Positions 51,500-64,000 of a DNA stretch of 64,000 bases are shown piece after piece. The stretch comes from Iphione sp. A-MEVVRFRX5 (Eukaryota). The translations under genes were made by a program, and so were the position numbers. Location of the stretch: contig OZ320317.1 of the NCBI GenBank assembly GCA_976226885.1, positions 70,866,001 to 70,930,000 on the forward strand, written 5' to 3'. The notes under the pieces are model-generated. The model was not told the DNA's origin. It saw only the letters and a list, made by a program, of their open reading frames with translations, and did not search any database. Numbering within the stretch: the stretch's first letter is position 1; the number at the start of each line of letters is the position of its first letter.

Positions 51500-54300
51500 G
51501 CCAGGATACAAACCCTTAAGAACAGGGATGTGGAGGAAGGCTAGGCCTATAATAATGTGACCTTGGACTTCCCATGGAAGGCCCTTGATATGACATCACT
51601 TATCACTAGCTTAATTATAATTGCCAAGTCCATGGTGAAATAAGAGAAAATCGACTTACTTTTGAGATACCTGACGAAGATCTCAGAGTAAATCTCTTAG
51701 ACACTGCTAATCCTATGAGATAGTATAGAGATAGTAGAGAAAATAAGATAATAAAGGTGATTTATCCTTAAGTGAGACTGATAGGTCTGAACCGAGTGAC
51801 TGCTGAACTAAAAGTGAGATTTAAGATGGCTGACTGTGGTGGCGCCACCTGAACTACACCTCAGGTAGACACCTTGTGTCCTATCCTTGTACTAAACTTA
51901 TAGTTGGTTTGCTTAATTAGTTAATTGATCATGTAATCAGTGATATCATTCATGGGATGCTTTGTATACTTCATCTGCATCATGATAACCAGACTACTGT
52001 TTGACTCTCTAAACAAGGGTCACATAGCCCAAGTAGCCCAGTGGCTGAAAGGGAAAAAGACAAGTGCCCTTATCCTCCTAAGAAAGGGAACAAAAGTCTC
52101 AGATTCAAGGAACAAAGACCACTGGTCAGTTTCATCTGAACAACATGACCCCATAAGGAAGGGCAAGTAAAAATCAGTACAAACAAAGACAGAAAGACTG
52201 GGGGAAACACAATCCTTAAGTGCGAACAACAATGTTTATGCATGTACAAATCAGTGGTAAGCTGAGGAAAGCTGACTCGAGGCAGTACTCTCCAGGAGAG
52301 ATGTGGTGACCCTTCACGGCACTGGTCTCCTAAAGAACCTTGAGAAGGTTGAAATCTGAATCCTCTGACCAGCACCCCTCCTTGAGGATCATGTCCAACA
52401 GGATGTCTTTCTGGAGAGCCTTACTTGTAGAGTACCTAGTGCCGTGCACTGTAGAATGGATAGGATCTAGCCCACTACTTGTCAGCATTCTTATATGTAT
52501 TTGGACAGGGTACCACAGGGCATGTGTATCTTGTGAGAGATGCCTATAAACAACGCACCTTTTAAGGATGAGGGTGTCCATGGCAGCAAGATATGTTGCT
52601 GAGTACTTGTAATGCACAGTATCTTGTTCAACCGGAAAATAAATATACTGGGATCCCAGGTTCAGTGAGGAGCAGACAAAGAGGTCATACTGGTTCTAGG
52701 GCCAAAAAGCCAATAATAGAGCCAGCAGCTATCCCTGTGACAAAAAGGAGGGAAGGGCTAAACATCCCTCCTGAGACTGGGTTTCCAGCCATGCTGCCTG
52801 AGCTTACATGACTAGTTTTGTAAGCTATGGCGAAATTCTACTGGGGAACCAAGGTTGTGCCAAGCCCAGGACCCATGTCCTCACACCAGAAGAGGTTGGA
52901 AGCACTAAGAGTCTCATATGAGTGCTCTGTGTGGCCCTTGGGCCTGAGAAGCTTCTGAAGCAAGGAGTCTCAAGGTGAGAAGAGAAGGGAAAAGTAAGAG
53001 GCAGCATGGTGAGTGAGCCTGCATGAGCACCACGTGCACAAGGAGAAAGGTCATGCGTATGACTAGCACTGTTGCTATCACCTCAGCCCACCCAACAGTG
53101 GAGGAGTTCCTTGAGGGTTTTAGTTTGTATGCTGCTTGAAGCAGTAGCCATCAGGGACACAGGCCCTTTGGGGAGGAAAAAGACCTTTCTGTAAGGACTG
53201 TGTCTAGTGAGCTCATTTGTAGAGGACACTATATACAGTGGAAACCCTATTTACGACCACACCTGAGGTGGGAACTAAATGTTGATTTCTATACATTTGA
53301 TACCCTATATACTACCAACTTCAAAACGCACCCACTTAAGGGTGGTCCCATTTGATGGTCACAAATAGGGTTTCGACTGTATCGAGAGCACTAGTGTGCT
53401 TGCATGCTGTGAAATTTCTGAAGTTGGCCCTCAGTCAGTCAGGGGCTGCTATGCAGGTGCCTGATTATGTTCAAAGGGGGAGTACACCCATCCCCACCAG
53501 GGGTGAGCCTGTGACAAAGTTACATTAACTAATACCCCTTAGACAGAGACTCTGACCTGAGGGGGCATGGTCATCATAGGTCGAGCTAAAAACTTTAAAG
53601 TGCAGCCTACTCTTTGGCACCTCTTGGTTCAGGGTAGGCTAAGGGAAACAAACGCCTGGCTAACAGCAGGCGGTCTACCACACTGAAAAGGATCTATGCA
53701 CATATCGACAATATGTCCTGTAGACGAGGGGGTATGCCAGCCAGCCTCTGAGGCCTGGGGCTTAATTGACACAGGGCTGACCTATGTGTGTAGAAAAGAA
53801 AATGAGCCTCAACCAGAATACATGAGCCCCCATCTAAACTGATGGAGATTGACTGAGATGGGGCAGTCCTACATGATCAGGGCTTTCCCTCTAAGCACTC
53901 CAAACATCATGTGACTCCCCTCTCCTCTCCAGGAGTGGGTGCTGGGGGAAACCACCCAGTGCAACTGTCACTGCCTTGACCTTGGGAGAAAGCCACGGCT
54001 TAACAGTCAAAGAGAGCCCACAAGACTATCCACTTCAAGGTGGTCTGGAGCCACCAGTAGCCTACCACCAGTCTGGAACATCCCGAGGTAAAGGATGGGG
54101 CATAGTGTTTTGCCCCTATCATCATGTACACTGAGGCTACGACGTTGGTATTAAGCATGTGCTTGGATTAGGTTTTCTTCAAAGGTCTGTCCAAGCCAAT
54201 CCATGGCCTCGGGAAATACTCCTGTGTCTGTCTCTGCAAAGGTTCTGACAAACATTTGGCTCTAATTCTGACAGAATAACACAGCAACATTGGATTTGGT
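51500..54300 (-). mobile_element. Decayed DIRS-type (tyrosine recombinase) retrotransposon; boundaries approximate
   Basis: Minus strand, in order: RT-like remnant (about 53800-53560, degenerate), AQPWFP (about 52850, the end of the DIRS methyltransferase-like region), LLALLLA, then a YR C-terminus LTSSGLDP..VHGTRYSTSKALQKDILLDMILKEGCWSEDSDF (HxxR...W motif) at about 52480-52345. Confidence 0.7.
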
Positions 54301-54687
54301 GTGCACTTGGCCCCGAGTACCCCAGATGATTCATATCTGAAATTTCAGCCTAATTGATGTGGAGGAGGCTGATCCACCAGTGGGGGAGTACTGGGTCAGC
54401 GCCCACCTAGCTAGTGGTCAGTGACCTGCATGGTTATTTAGTTGTTTTTAATGTTGAGAAATCAAATATAGATCAACCGAACTAAAAACTTTCAATATGT
54501 CCTTTTACATTTTTTCATGTTTCTCCCTAGCCAATAACATTAACAAATATTCCGTCAACATACATTGTATTTACAAATTATGCAGATATACACTACCCCA
54601 TTAGGTAGACTGGTGAAAACACATTTATGATCGCATCCAAATATTTTCAGCTCTGGATTCGCGAGGCATTAGCATAGGGCCTTGAAA

Positions 54688-54950
54688 TTTCACAGGCATG
54701 TGTCCCGGACCCAGGCCCAGGCCCAGGTACATCCAGAGTTGGGAGTCCCAGCTCCCAGGGTGACCTGACTGTTTGCTGAAAACCTCCGGGGTGGCTTAGA
54801 ACCATTCAGCATCTCTGCTCTAGATTTTCAAGAAATCACCATAGAGCTTTGAAATGTTCAGGCATGTGCCCCAGGCCCACGTACCTACCGGTACTGTGTT
54901 TGGAGTCCAGTCTCCCAGAGTGGCCTGACTTCTAGCTGAAAAAAGTGTAG
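54688..54950. repeat. Two diverged copies of about 100 bp, spaced about 165 bp apart, probably within a non-autonomous DNA element
   Basis: GAAAT.T.CAGGCATGTG.CCC...GGAGTCC...CTCCCAG.GTG.CCTGACT...GCTGAAAA at about 54688 and about 54851. Confidence 0.6.
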
Positions 54951-56216
54951 ACTGGCTGGGGCCAGTCAGAGATGCTTTAGATTTCCGAGGATGTACACAT
55001 GGTGGAATGTAGTCCAGAGGTGTCTGTATCTTGAGAGCATATAATGTCCGTAAATTTCTCCGGAAACCCACATGGACCATAAGTATACAGCAGATTGTCT
55101 TTGGAGCAGGGGGAACCGTATCTAACATATTGTTTGATTTGCATATAATTTGCATAAAAACTCAAGTTTACACAGAATTGGGCAGAATTCCTCAAGATCA
55201 ACACACAAAAAATCTCAGTTTACAGCATTAAAAAAAAATCTTCCAGTTTACAAAGAATCAGACAAAACAAACACTATAGGCCTACTCCCAAACACTCACC
55301 CAGCCACACAGCTGCATATATACATACACCTGGCAGATGAATACCACAAATCGGTGGGTTTATACCACAAAATGGCAGGTTTATGCTGCCTCTCCCCTAG
55401 ACACATGGAAACTCCTCTCTCTGGATGGGTCCAGAAGAACTAGCCAAATCTCTGGACCTCCACATACACCTCTGGTCACATGGAAAACAGCCCACAGAGA
55501 AAGAGGGACAAAGGTGCTTATTTGCTGTATCAGTGAATGCCCCCATATTCCAAACCTGGTTAAATTTCACGAACAATCAGTCTCTTGTATTACGAGCATG
55601 TCTTCTTTTAATGTAGTTTGAATTACAGTAAATTTTTCCTTGCATAAAAAGAGTTCGGTCGCTGACCTCAAATTTGGTGCCAAGTTGGGATAATCCCTCC
55701 GTCGCTGGCGCAACCGTGCCAGGTTACAAGAACGATTTCTATTGGCGTGGGCCAATTATGTTGCTGTAATTTGGTCTTTTCAAATTCTTCACCTGCAGGA
55801 GGTAAGACTTTTACGTCTCCGACGTGATGCAGGTCAACTATGCCCTCTGCTTTCACTGCCATCTGGCATTTAATGATCGCAGTAATCAAAACACTTCCCA
55901 AGGTACTCGCAGCACATCTGCAGCTTGCTACCCCATTATCGCACCATGCCCAAACGAATCGTTCAGTGACTCTCTTCCGAAGAATATTGCGAAATGACCG
56001 ATATCAAAGTTCACTAATGTACCCACAGCGCAAATAACCCTTTACCATCTAATCACAAATCTAAAATTAAAGGACTAACACTTTAAATCTTCGAAGAGCG
56101 AGACTTGCAACTGCAAGGGCGGTGGACATTATTTATGCACAAACATTTCGAGAAGCAGAGCATGTTGCTATAATATTTCAATATGCACATGATATAGCGC
56201 AATGATATCTACTCAC

Positions 56217-56440
56217 CGTTATAGCAAAAGACAATATTAAATTGTAGCGATGCCTCTCCTAGATATTGCCTAAAATTACCCCGGAGTCTGAGGAGATGCA
56301 ATTAAGAGCTTCAGTGATGAAGTGACGCCTGCGATCTGATTGGCCAGTTCTCCTCATGATGGCCACCGTGACTGAAATGATCAGATGCGTTTCTTCATGA
56401 TATTGTCACTTCGTAGAAGACAGGCTGACTGATAGAAACA
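56217..56440 (-). promoter_or_regulatory. Candidate promoter and non-coding first exon of the HP1BP3-like gene
   Basis: Strong donor ACG|gtgagt at 56217/56216 could pair with the free acceptor ttccttatcag|G at 50597/50596 ahead of the ATG. CCAAT box (gattggcc, about 56338) nearby. The pairing is inference. Confidence 0.35.
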
Positions 56441-57208
56441 ACGTTATTTCAACTTATCTTGCATAAGTGACACGCCTGAGAGAAGCAGAGTTTTCGTATA
56501 AAGTGTCCTATTTGAATGAAGTTCTTTGTTCAAGTATTTTGGATTAAGTTGCATGCCTTTTGACATGTTCGGCCTCACACGTCCATTATATCACACTGTT
56601 ATACATGACAAGAGGTCTACTCTATCTTATAACATGTTATTGCCTGTGCACTGGTGTTAACATGGCCTATAGAATCAGGAATCCTTTACTTCGAAGTGTG
56701 GTGAATAGAATGTACACTGACGAAGAAGAAAGAAAGCGAGACCACTGTACAGTAAGTTTAATGATAGGCTTGTGTGTAAGTCTTTACACCTATTATCGCC
56801 TACTTTGTTTGATTTGCAAAACCTTTTCACAGTGTGAAGAATCTTCCCAGCTGCCAGGGCTCTACACAGAGCTTAGTATCCCAAATAGTGGCCCGAACCT
56901 GATCTGAACATTAGAGGTAGACTGAGGCTTGCCTTAATGCTTAAGCGCTTTTGATTCCATCATTATTCTGGAAAACAGGAAAACCACAGACCCCCAGGAT
57001 AGCCATTGAGAGGTGAATAGGCACTCTCCCTCTCTAGGTATCGACGCAATAAAACTATCGTCAGTCATAAAAAAATATACCTTGACAGAGTGTAGAATGC
57101 CTGTAGGGTCAAGCAAAACTGCAGTCAATGCCAATAGAAAGTCAAGGAGCTGATCCATAGTAGGCTAAAGGATATCAGGTCATTTGCACTGTGCCCGGCC
57201 ATTTGCAG

Positions 57209-57802
57209 GATTTACCGCAATTTCGGACCTGGGTGATTTCAGACCAGGTGATTTCGGACCAGACATAGTGATTTCGGACCAGCTTTGATGTAGTCAGGAT
57301 TACTTATATGTTAAGAACAAAATTAGTATACAAGTACTAAGTATATGATCATAACTTCACAATGCCTACTCGTCTAGCACTGCATACTTCTATACCATAA
57401 AGAAACTGTCTAGTTTACTGGTCTATATAAGCAAGAACAACTACATAGCAGCTGGATCATATAACCCGGCCTACGATAACCCACTGTATATCGAATCCCA
57501 CAATATTGGAAGGACACTTTATCGATAGGACGTTATATTGAAAGACTCTTTATTCGATAAAAAGTCGTACACAGAGCTGGGCACCCAAGAAAACGTCGCA
57601 TTTTGTAACCTCCCTGTCGCAACAAAAGAAATTAGTTCAGTGCTGAAGCAATGAACACCCGCGGCCTTCCCCCCCCACCCCCACCCCCGGCCACGCGACA
57701 ACACGCTATGGTCCGAAATCACTTTCCCTATGTGGTCCGAACTCACTATTGTGGTCCGAGGTCACTGGTCCGAAATTGTCGCGGTCCGAAATCGCCAGAC
57801 AC
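57209..57802. mobile_element. MITE (MULE-like), 594 bp
   Basis: Perfect 9-bp TSD CATTTGCAG (57200-08 and 57803-11). Arrays of GTGATTTCGGACC at the left end and GGTCCGAAAT at the right end. Confidence 0.85.
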
Positions 57803-57853
57803 CATTTGCAGCCCCCAGTAGTTTTCCCATCCTAGGGTATGGATGTTTTGTTA

Positions 57854-58450
57854 ACTAGACAAGCGCCTTCGCCGCTTGCACTCATAGTTGATTCTTAGAG
57901 CGGCCGCCACCATCACCCCCCCCCCCCCCGGCTGCTTGACAACCCCCTATAAAACTTCCTGGCTATGGGCCTGCATGCACCCATGCACACACACACACAC
58001 ACACACACACACTGAGCACAGTGATACTACATCTCGTAAAGTCACACATCTGGGCGCGATTTCCCCACTACCAGACTACTTTCGGGCAACGTTTTATATA
58101 GGTAGTGTAACAAGCGCCCTCGGCACTTGCACTGAGCCTGGACAGTCCTGGCAGGGAGGGGTCAAAGTACGGATTGCTCGTAGTATTTTACAACCCTCAG
58201 TAATGCTTGACTGCACATACATAGGTGTAGTGATAGTATACCCAACTGAAAAAGTAGTCCCAAAGTTCTGTGCTGCTTTCTTTTATATTCTGATTTCTAC
58301 CTTAAAACATGATAGTATCTATTATCCTAAAAAGGATAATCTTAGCATGTGAGAGAAAACATATCATGAGGTTTTGAAATTCTCATTCATATGAGATTTT
58401 ACCCCATGGCTGGACTACTTTCAGGCAACGTTTTATATAGGTAGTGTAAT
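57854..58450 (+). mobile_element. Two head-to-tail copies of a non-autonomous Helitron/Helentron-like repeat; a third partial copy at about 36683-36860
   Basis: Each starts with the small hairpin ACAAGCGCC.TCG..(G/A)CTTGCACT and ends GACTACTTTC.GGCAACGTTTTATATAGGTAGTGTA (about 58110 and about 58450); (CA)n inside. Family call by architecture only. Confidence 0.5.
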
Positions 58451-58724
58451 AATAGACTGAATGTTTCGTCAAATGGCAACAGTGGTGGTTGGGGCAGTGG
58501 TAGAGATGGGGAAATCAAGGTAGACTAGTTTCTATTTGCATAGTCAGGCGACTTCTAATTTATTTTATGGACCCAGTTGGCACAGTCTAGACTACTACTC
58601 CACCCTTAGGGTCACCATCCCCCCCTCTCGCTCCATGTGAACTATGACTTTATTATCCCTACCTATTTTACTTGTTCAAATACTGACAATCTAGTGGAGG
58701 TTGGCTTGGAGTACAGTACAGTTA

Positions 58725-59486
58725 GGCTAGGTTTCCACGTGTGCGTGTTGCTGTGTAGCCATGTTTTTTTTGCAGTGGAAAGTTAATCTGATAACCACTG
58801 TATAAACAAAGTACAGAATATGTACATGTTTTTCGGCTGTGGAAATGGAAAAAAAAACAGTAGAAAAAGGCAAAATCAAGCAAATTGACCGGAAACAAGG
58901 CAAATAACAGGCAAACTGGTTGAAAAACAGACTGAGGAAAGGTGAGGAAATGTAAGGAAACACACCATATCACCCCTTCTTTTGGTGTGCTACTATGGAA
59001 AACAGCCATGTTTCCCTGAAAAATGTGACTTGTCCCACTTTGTGAACACTGCCACAGTGACACGCTACATGTGACACATTACATGCTACATTGAAACACT
59101 CCTGCTGTTAACATTGTTCCCCAAAATCACAGTACAAACACGCTTACATACATCACAGTGACACACATAGAAATTTAGCCTACGGGAGGGTTTCCATGCA
59201 CACATGTCAGCATGCATGTCTGTGTGTATTTCAGTGCATTTTTTGGGGGAACTATGATAAACACAATGAATGTGTATTTCAAAAATGGGAAATTTTCCAT
59301 TTTCCACTGTTCATGGTGCATGTTAGCATGTGTTTGTGGCATGTATTTTGGGAAAACTTGTTATCACAGAAGTGGAAACACAGTAAATTCATGCACCATG
59401 GCATGTATACAGTGGTGATCAGATTAGCGAAAATATGTCCTGACATGCTCACGCATGGACTGACATGCATGCATGGAAAGGCTGCC
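58725..59486. mobile_element. PIF/Harbinger-type MITE
   Basis: TTA TSD on both sides. TIRs GGCTAGGTTTCCAC / (rc) GGCAGCCTTTCCAT, with a shared subterminal TAATCTGAT.ACCACTGTATA. Confidence 0.7.
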
Positions 59487-60749
59487 TTAAAGGCTAGCGT
59501 TGCAGTTATTAAACCTTGTTAACAGTAGACCACAGCACACTACATTGTCTAAAAATCTGTAGGGGTGCAAACATCTTGCCTAGGCCCAAAGAAGACATTG
59601 GGATGTTGTTGCGGGAAGTCCAGCCACTCTAGGAGGACAGATGACCAGATGTAAATTTTTATAATCACAAGTGTATTCCGCTAAACTCGCTCATTTTGGA
59701 GGTATGAATCAACTGATGTTGATGAAGTCATTCCCATCAGTGTTGGGATAAAGACAGCTACCACCTTTGTTCACATGTCAGTGGTCGTGTAAGGTTGTTC
59801 ACTAGTTAGTCATGTTAGTGTGCAACCGAGGCTGCTCACCACCGTTATTCGCCCATTAGCATGTGGATGACCTCAGGTATTCATTTGTGTACAGTCGACC
59901 CTTTGTATCTGACACTGAGCTGATGCAGACATTTATGTCAGTGATAAGGATATTGTTAGTTTGTTAGTCTCATATCTTAGCCAATACTACAAAGTGCTGC
60001 TAGAAATGATTTCAATGTTTTCATATATATTGAGCTTTATTGGTATAGTATCGTTAGTATGACTGTACATGTATTATGGTTATTTTTTCAACCTGTGGGA
60101 AACTATTACTCATTATAACATCAAACCACACGTGATTCTAGTGACAGCAGCATCATATGCACATGTCACCAAAACAATATCTGTCGTTTGTGAGGTTTCA
60201 CCAGCAAACCACCATTTTGTCCCCAGTCACATCACTGGTCATCGGCATGGCCCCTTATTAAGGATGTATCGATTATGATGTGGTAAATGAGAAGCTAATC
60301 CCTTGCAGGAAGAGAAATTGCCCAAGCAATAGGAAACAAACCAAGCCTGTAGTGGGGAGAAACAGTGGAGGGGAAAAGACAATACAAAATAGAGAGCCTG
60401 CACATGGTCTTAACCATGAGACAAGATGGCAGCGATACCTTGCTAGAATAGTTAGAATAACGAGAGTAGAACAAAAGGGTACAGAAGAGGGATGAAGTTA
60501 GGAAGAGCCTGGAGCTAGCAGATCTCTAAGACAATTCAATCGAAATGAAGGTAGATGTTACTGAAAATCCAAATTAAATTTGTCATATTCAATGTCGTAC
60601 GGAGTATATGTATCTTCTATGACAATGTGTTGACAAAACATCAATACATGTTCATTGTTCCACTTTGTGACAGTTGTTCCTAGTTGCTCATAGAGACTAT
60701 TTAGCTAATCCCCGCCATCTTCCCATGACCTGTGGTTCTCTACACACAC

Positions 60750-61507
60750 ATTTCGAGCGCAAGGTGCCCTGGACCTCTACCGCACATAAGACTATTAAGA
60801 GGCAGATCCGCACTTCCTTTGAACCTAAAAAAAAGTAAACAGTTCTTTTAACAACCTAAATAAAGTATATGAAGTAGATTAAAGCCACCGAAAAAACCAG
60901 TATGTAAGACCCGACACAATAGAAGATCAATAGGAATCGTTAATCGGGTACAAAAAGAAATATACCGCAACTCAATAGACTATAGAGGAAACATGTTATG
61001 GTGTACTTTGCCTAAGGAGATAGTAGAAGCACCTGATAATGAATTCAAGACAAAGCTGAAAAGGTATACTTATGATAAGTATATGTCTGAAAATTTCGAT
61101 ATTGGATGATCCGAAATGAATATAAGTCATAGGTGATACATTGTGTTTACTCTTCCTCTTTAGTTACTTAAATATAGAATTCGTGGTTATTCTCCCCGAT
61201 GTATTTTAATACTGTGTAACATTTTATTTACTCTTCTTCCTTATTTACTTAAATATGGAATTCGTGGTTATTCTCCCCGATGTATCTTAACACTGTATTT
61301 AAAATCAATTAGTTCTTTGGAAGAGTTGACTGTGCTTTAATAAAGAACACAACATATTACTTATACATTTTAGTAATACGATAATTATATGTCACATCTC
61401 ATCTCATCTCATCAACGGTACTTATCTGAAGCAATCCTGGTACCTAAATACATATTTATGTATAAATCACACCAGGGAAAATAAAAGTTCTAAAAAAAAA
61501 AAAAAAA
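60750..61507 (+). mobile_element. LINE 3' end (same family as 36140-36650), with a tandem duplication of about 81 bp in the 3'UTR (61146-61300) and a poly-A tail
   Basis: KEIYRNSIDYRGNMLWCTLPKEIVEAPDNEFKTKLKRYTYDKY..*; A-run at about 61492-61507. Confidence 0.8.
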
Positions 61508-62399
61508 GTAGCGTAATGGTAACTCAGGAGAATAGTTAAAGTAGCTTTCTACTGCTTGAATAGTAATTTCCAACCTACACCCACAAGCTTTTATGGTGTG
61601 TCAAAAACTTCTTCAGGCGGGGTTATGAATTGAACCATAGGAAAACAAGACCTTTTATAGGCTGCTGGTTACTAAGGGTTTACAACATGGAAACCAATCA
61701 TATTGTAGTATTTGAACCGTATCACAAGTAATTCTTGGAATGGGGAATCTGGGCATTTGCAGCAAGTAGCATGTAAACAGGCAGTTTTCAGAGCTGATAT
61801 CTTACAAATTTAAATAGCATCATATAGTTTCATTGTGAAAAATGTATAAGTTAACCCTGAATGTAAATGATCATATTAGTGGATGGATTATAATCCTCCT
61901 CTAAAAGTTTTAATTTTGCAAAAATACTGCAGAGATGAAGAGTGGGTGATTACCTACACATTCTAATGCCTGGTGAAAACAAGCTAATGATAATTTTGAC
62001 ATCTAGAGGTAGTTCTACATGTGTATTTATTATAATATCAGTGTTAGCTTTGAAATCATTGCCAAATGATTAGTATGGGCATAAATATTATAATTGCATC
62101 AAGAGAAAAACCCACTACCTTTCACCTCCACACTGGGTACACTGACCTACATATATTTAACCTGGAGATGAAATACATATAAATATGTAAATGAGACCAG
62201 GGCCAGACTACATACAGTAATGTAATGAATGAATGACTAAGTATCATATCTTATAGCAACCTTATCCAGTGTCATTATTCAAGTTGAACAACCAATCTTG
62301 TAATTCATATAATGTTCAAGTACCTCATTGATATGAATAGTGAAATGAATAGAGGGTGTACAAACATATGTTTACAAAAATAATCTATTGTTCCTCTTT

Positions 62400-63020
62400 C
62401 AATTTGTAAAATAACTGTTACTAATAAAGTTCGTTTTTTGTTTCTTTTTGTCTGTCTTATTATGTTTGTTATAGATTTCTTCGTACTTGGTATATTGACT
62501 CATTAACTTACACGCAAATTCTCCGATTTGTATTTTTCATAGATGAATTGTTTCAGTTTTCCTTTGAATTTTCTATCATCATTTTCACATTTTATACAGT
62601 CTGGTAGTCCTGACCATAGGTGTTGGCCGCGATATACAACAGAGTTTCTAAAGATTTCTCTATGAACCATTTCCCTCCCCCCCCAATGAATATCGTGTTC
62701 CTCAAGTTTGATAACTAACAGATATTGGTACAGGATACATTTTTTTACTTTTTTTGTATAACTGTACTATCTGAACTTCTAGCCTATAAGCAATTGGCAT
62801 CAAGCCCATTATAGACATCAGATCGTTATTGCTTATATCTAGGACTCCATAACCTAACAAACGCCTATACATCTTTCGTAGAGTAACATCCAATTTCTGT
62901 ATTATTCCTCTACTGTTAGGAAGTAAGAATATACCGTATTCTGCAATTGGCTGCAGGAAGGCCTTTATCAACTGTCTCATATAATCCTTAGTTATATATG
63001 GTCGTATTCTCATCAACTTA
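62400..63020 (-). mobile_element. LINE ORF2 C-terminal fragment, related subfamily
   Basis: RIRPYITKDYMRQLIKAFLQPIAEYG...; after a stop, REIFRNSVVYRGQHLWSGLPDCIK...FKGKLK. Confidence 0.8.
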
Positions 63021-64000
63021 CTTAATATCTAATTATAAAATGATCCATATGACTAAGGATACCAGGCTTATCAGCCACCGTGACATCATGTCCACATGAA
63101 GAATAGTGCATTTAAGAGATGGATGAGATCTGATTGGTAGAAAATACTCCAAATAAAATGTTATAACAAGAAAGAATAGAACAGAACGTCATCCATATTC
63201 TCATGTTCTCACTGACACTCATGCTCTCGCTGGAATCATACTCTCACTCATGCTCTCACTGACACTTAAACTTTCACTCATACTCTCACTATTTGAGAGA
63301 ATATGACCTCCACATGCAGCGTTCGCTGCAATGTTACCTGTTTCTTTTGCCCCTCAGTATACATGTATGCAGATATAGTAGTGATACTGGAGCACGTCTA
63401 CTAGCCTCTTGCTCATTGTCGGTAAGGCTTCCAAGAATGCCTGTTATGGGATGGGTTGGTACCTACCTGTTATCATCCTATGAAGGGATACCGTAGCTAT
63501 ATAAATTAGTACCTAATGGGACCATTAGTTTTGAAACTCGCCCTCTTCACAGGTGGATCATGCACCACCCAGCTCAGCCAGCCTCATGACACTGACTAGA
63601 CGACCGTGTGAGCCCCCACATGGAAATTCTGATTCCCGTAGGTTTTCTCTTATGGCTTCCTGATGTGCGTTACGCACTTTGTGACCTCACTTGAGCATGG
63701 AAATAATTGGATTGACACTCATTTTTGGTCATGAGGTTTGGTACTCACTTGGCATGTATGTTTCTTTTCCTCTATATGTGGAACGGTTGTACTTTGATTG
63801 GAGAAATCTTGCCTTAAACACTCTTACTAATTGTGAGAAAAAGGCCTATTTTTCCCAATCGCTACCCAAATTCACATAACCAGGCTTTGATTTATTACAG
63901 CAATATTAGTAACTTTATCAGTGAATCTTAACCTGATTGTTTGAACTGCCATGCATAATCAACTAGAGTCTCTAAATGCTTCAACAATAAACGCGTCTTC

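Noticed and set aside
55560-56040. Several short overlapping ORFs with coding-like composition
   Set aside because: No recognisable domain or consistent splice pattern; cannot be supported.
59500-64000. Isolated splice-site pairs suggesting exons of a further gene (for example about 60222-60278 and 63373-63421)
   Set aside because: No homology and no consistent phase chain; indistinguishable from chance.

Overview
Intron-rich, repeat-rich animal nuclear DNA. It looks like an invertebrate deuterostome-type genome, which is inference from gene content and repeat style only. The ORF track is mostly noise because the real genes are spliced. I assembled three genes exon by exon by hand, with consistent phases and GT-AG sites. 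(1) WDR59 (GATOR2/SEA3), minus strand from ATG 22740, 22 solid exons down to 11110 plus a probable one at 8191-8134; I did not find its C-terminal zinc-finger exons, which probably lie left of the window. (2) DECR1 (mitochondrial 2,4-dienoyl-CoA reductase), plus strand, complete, 8 coding exons, 27102-40685, divergent from WDR59. (3) An HP1BP3-like linker-histone protein, minus strand, complete CDS 50575-43351, with three H15 domains, an apparently extra N-terminal RFX-like winged helix and a U12-type intron. Introns and intergenic space contain: an uninterrupted Sola-like transposase ORF running off the left edge, two Gypsy integrase remnants, an LTR with both a PPT and a PBS, a solo LTR, a decayed DIRS (tyrosine-recombinase) retroelement, three LINE 3' ends, several MITEs with TSDs, and mini/microsatellites. 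No rRNA, tRNA or CRISPR features were seen. All coordinates were counted by hand and may be off by a few bases.
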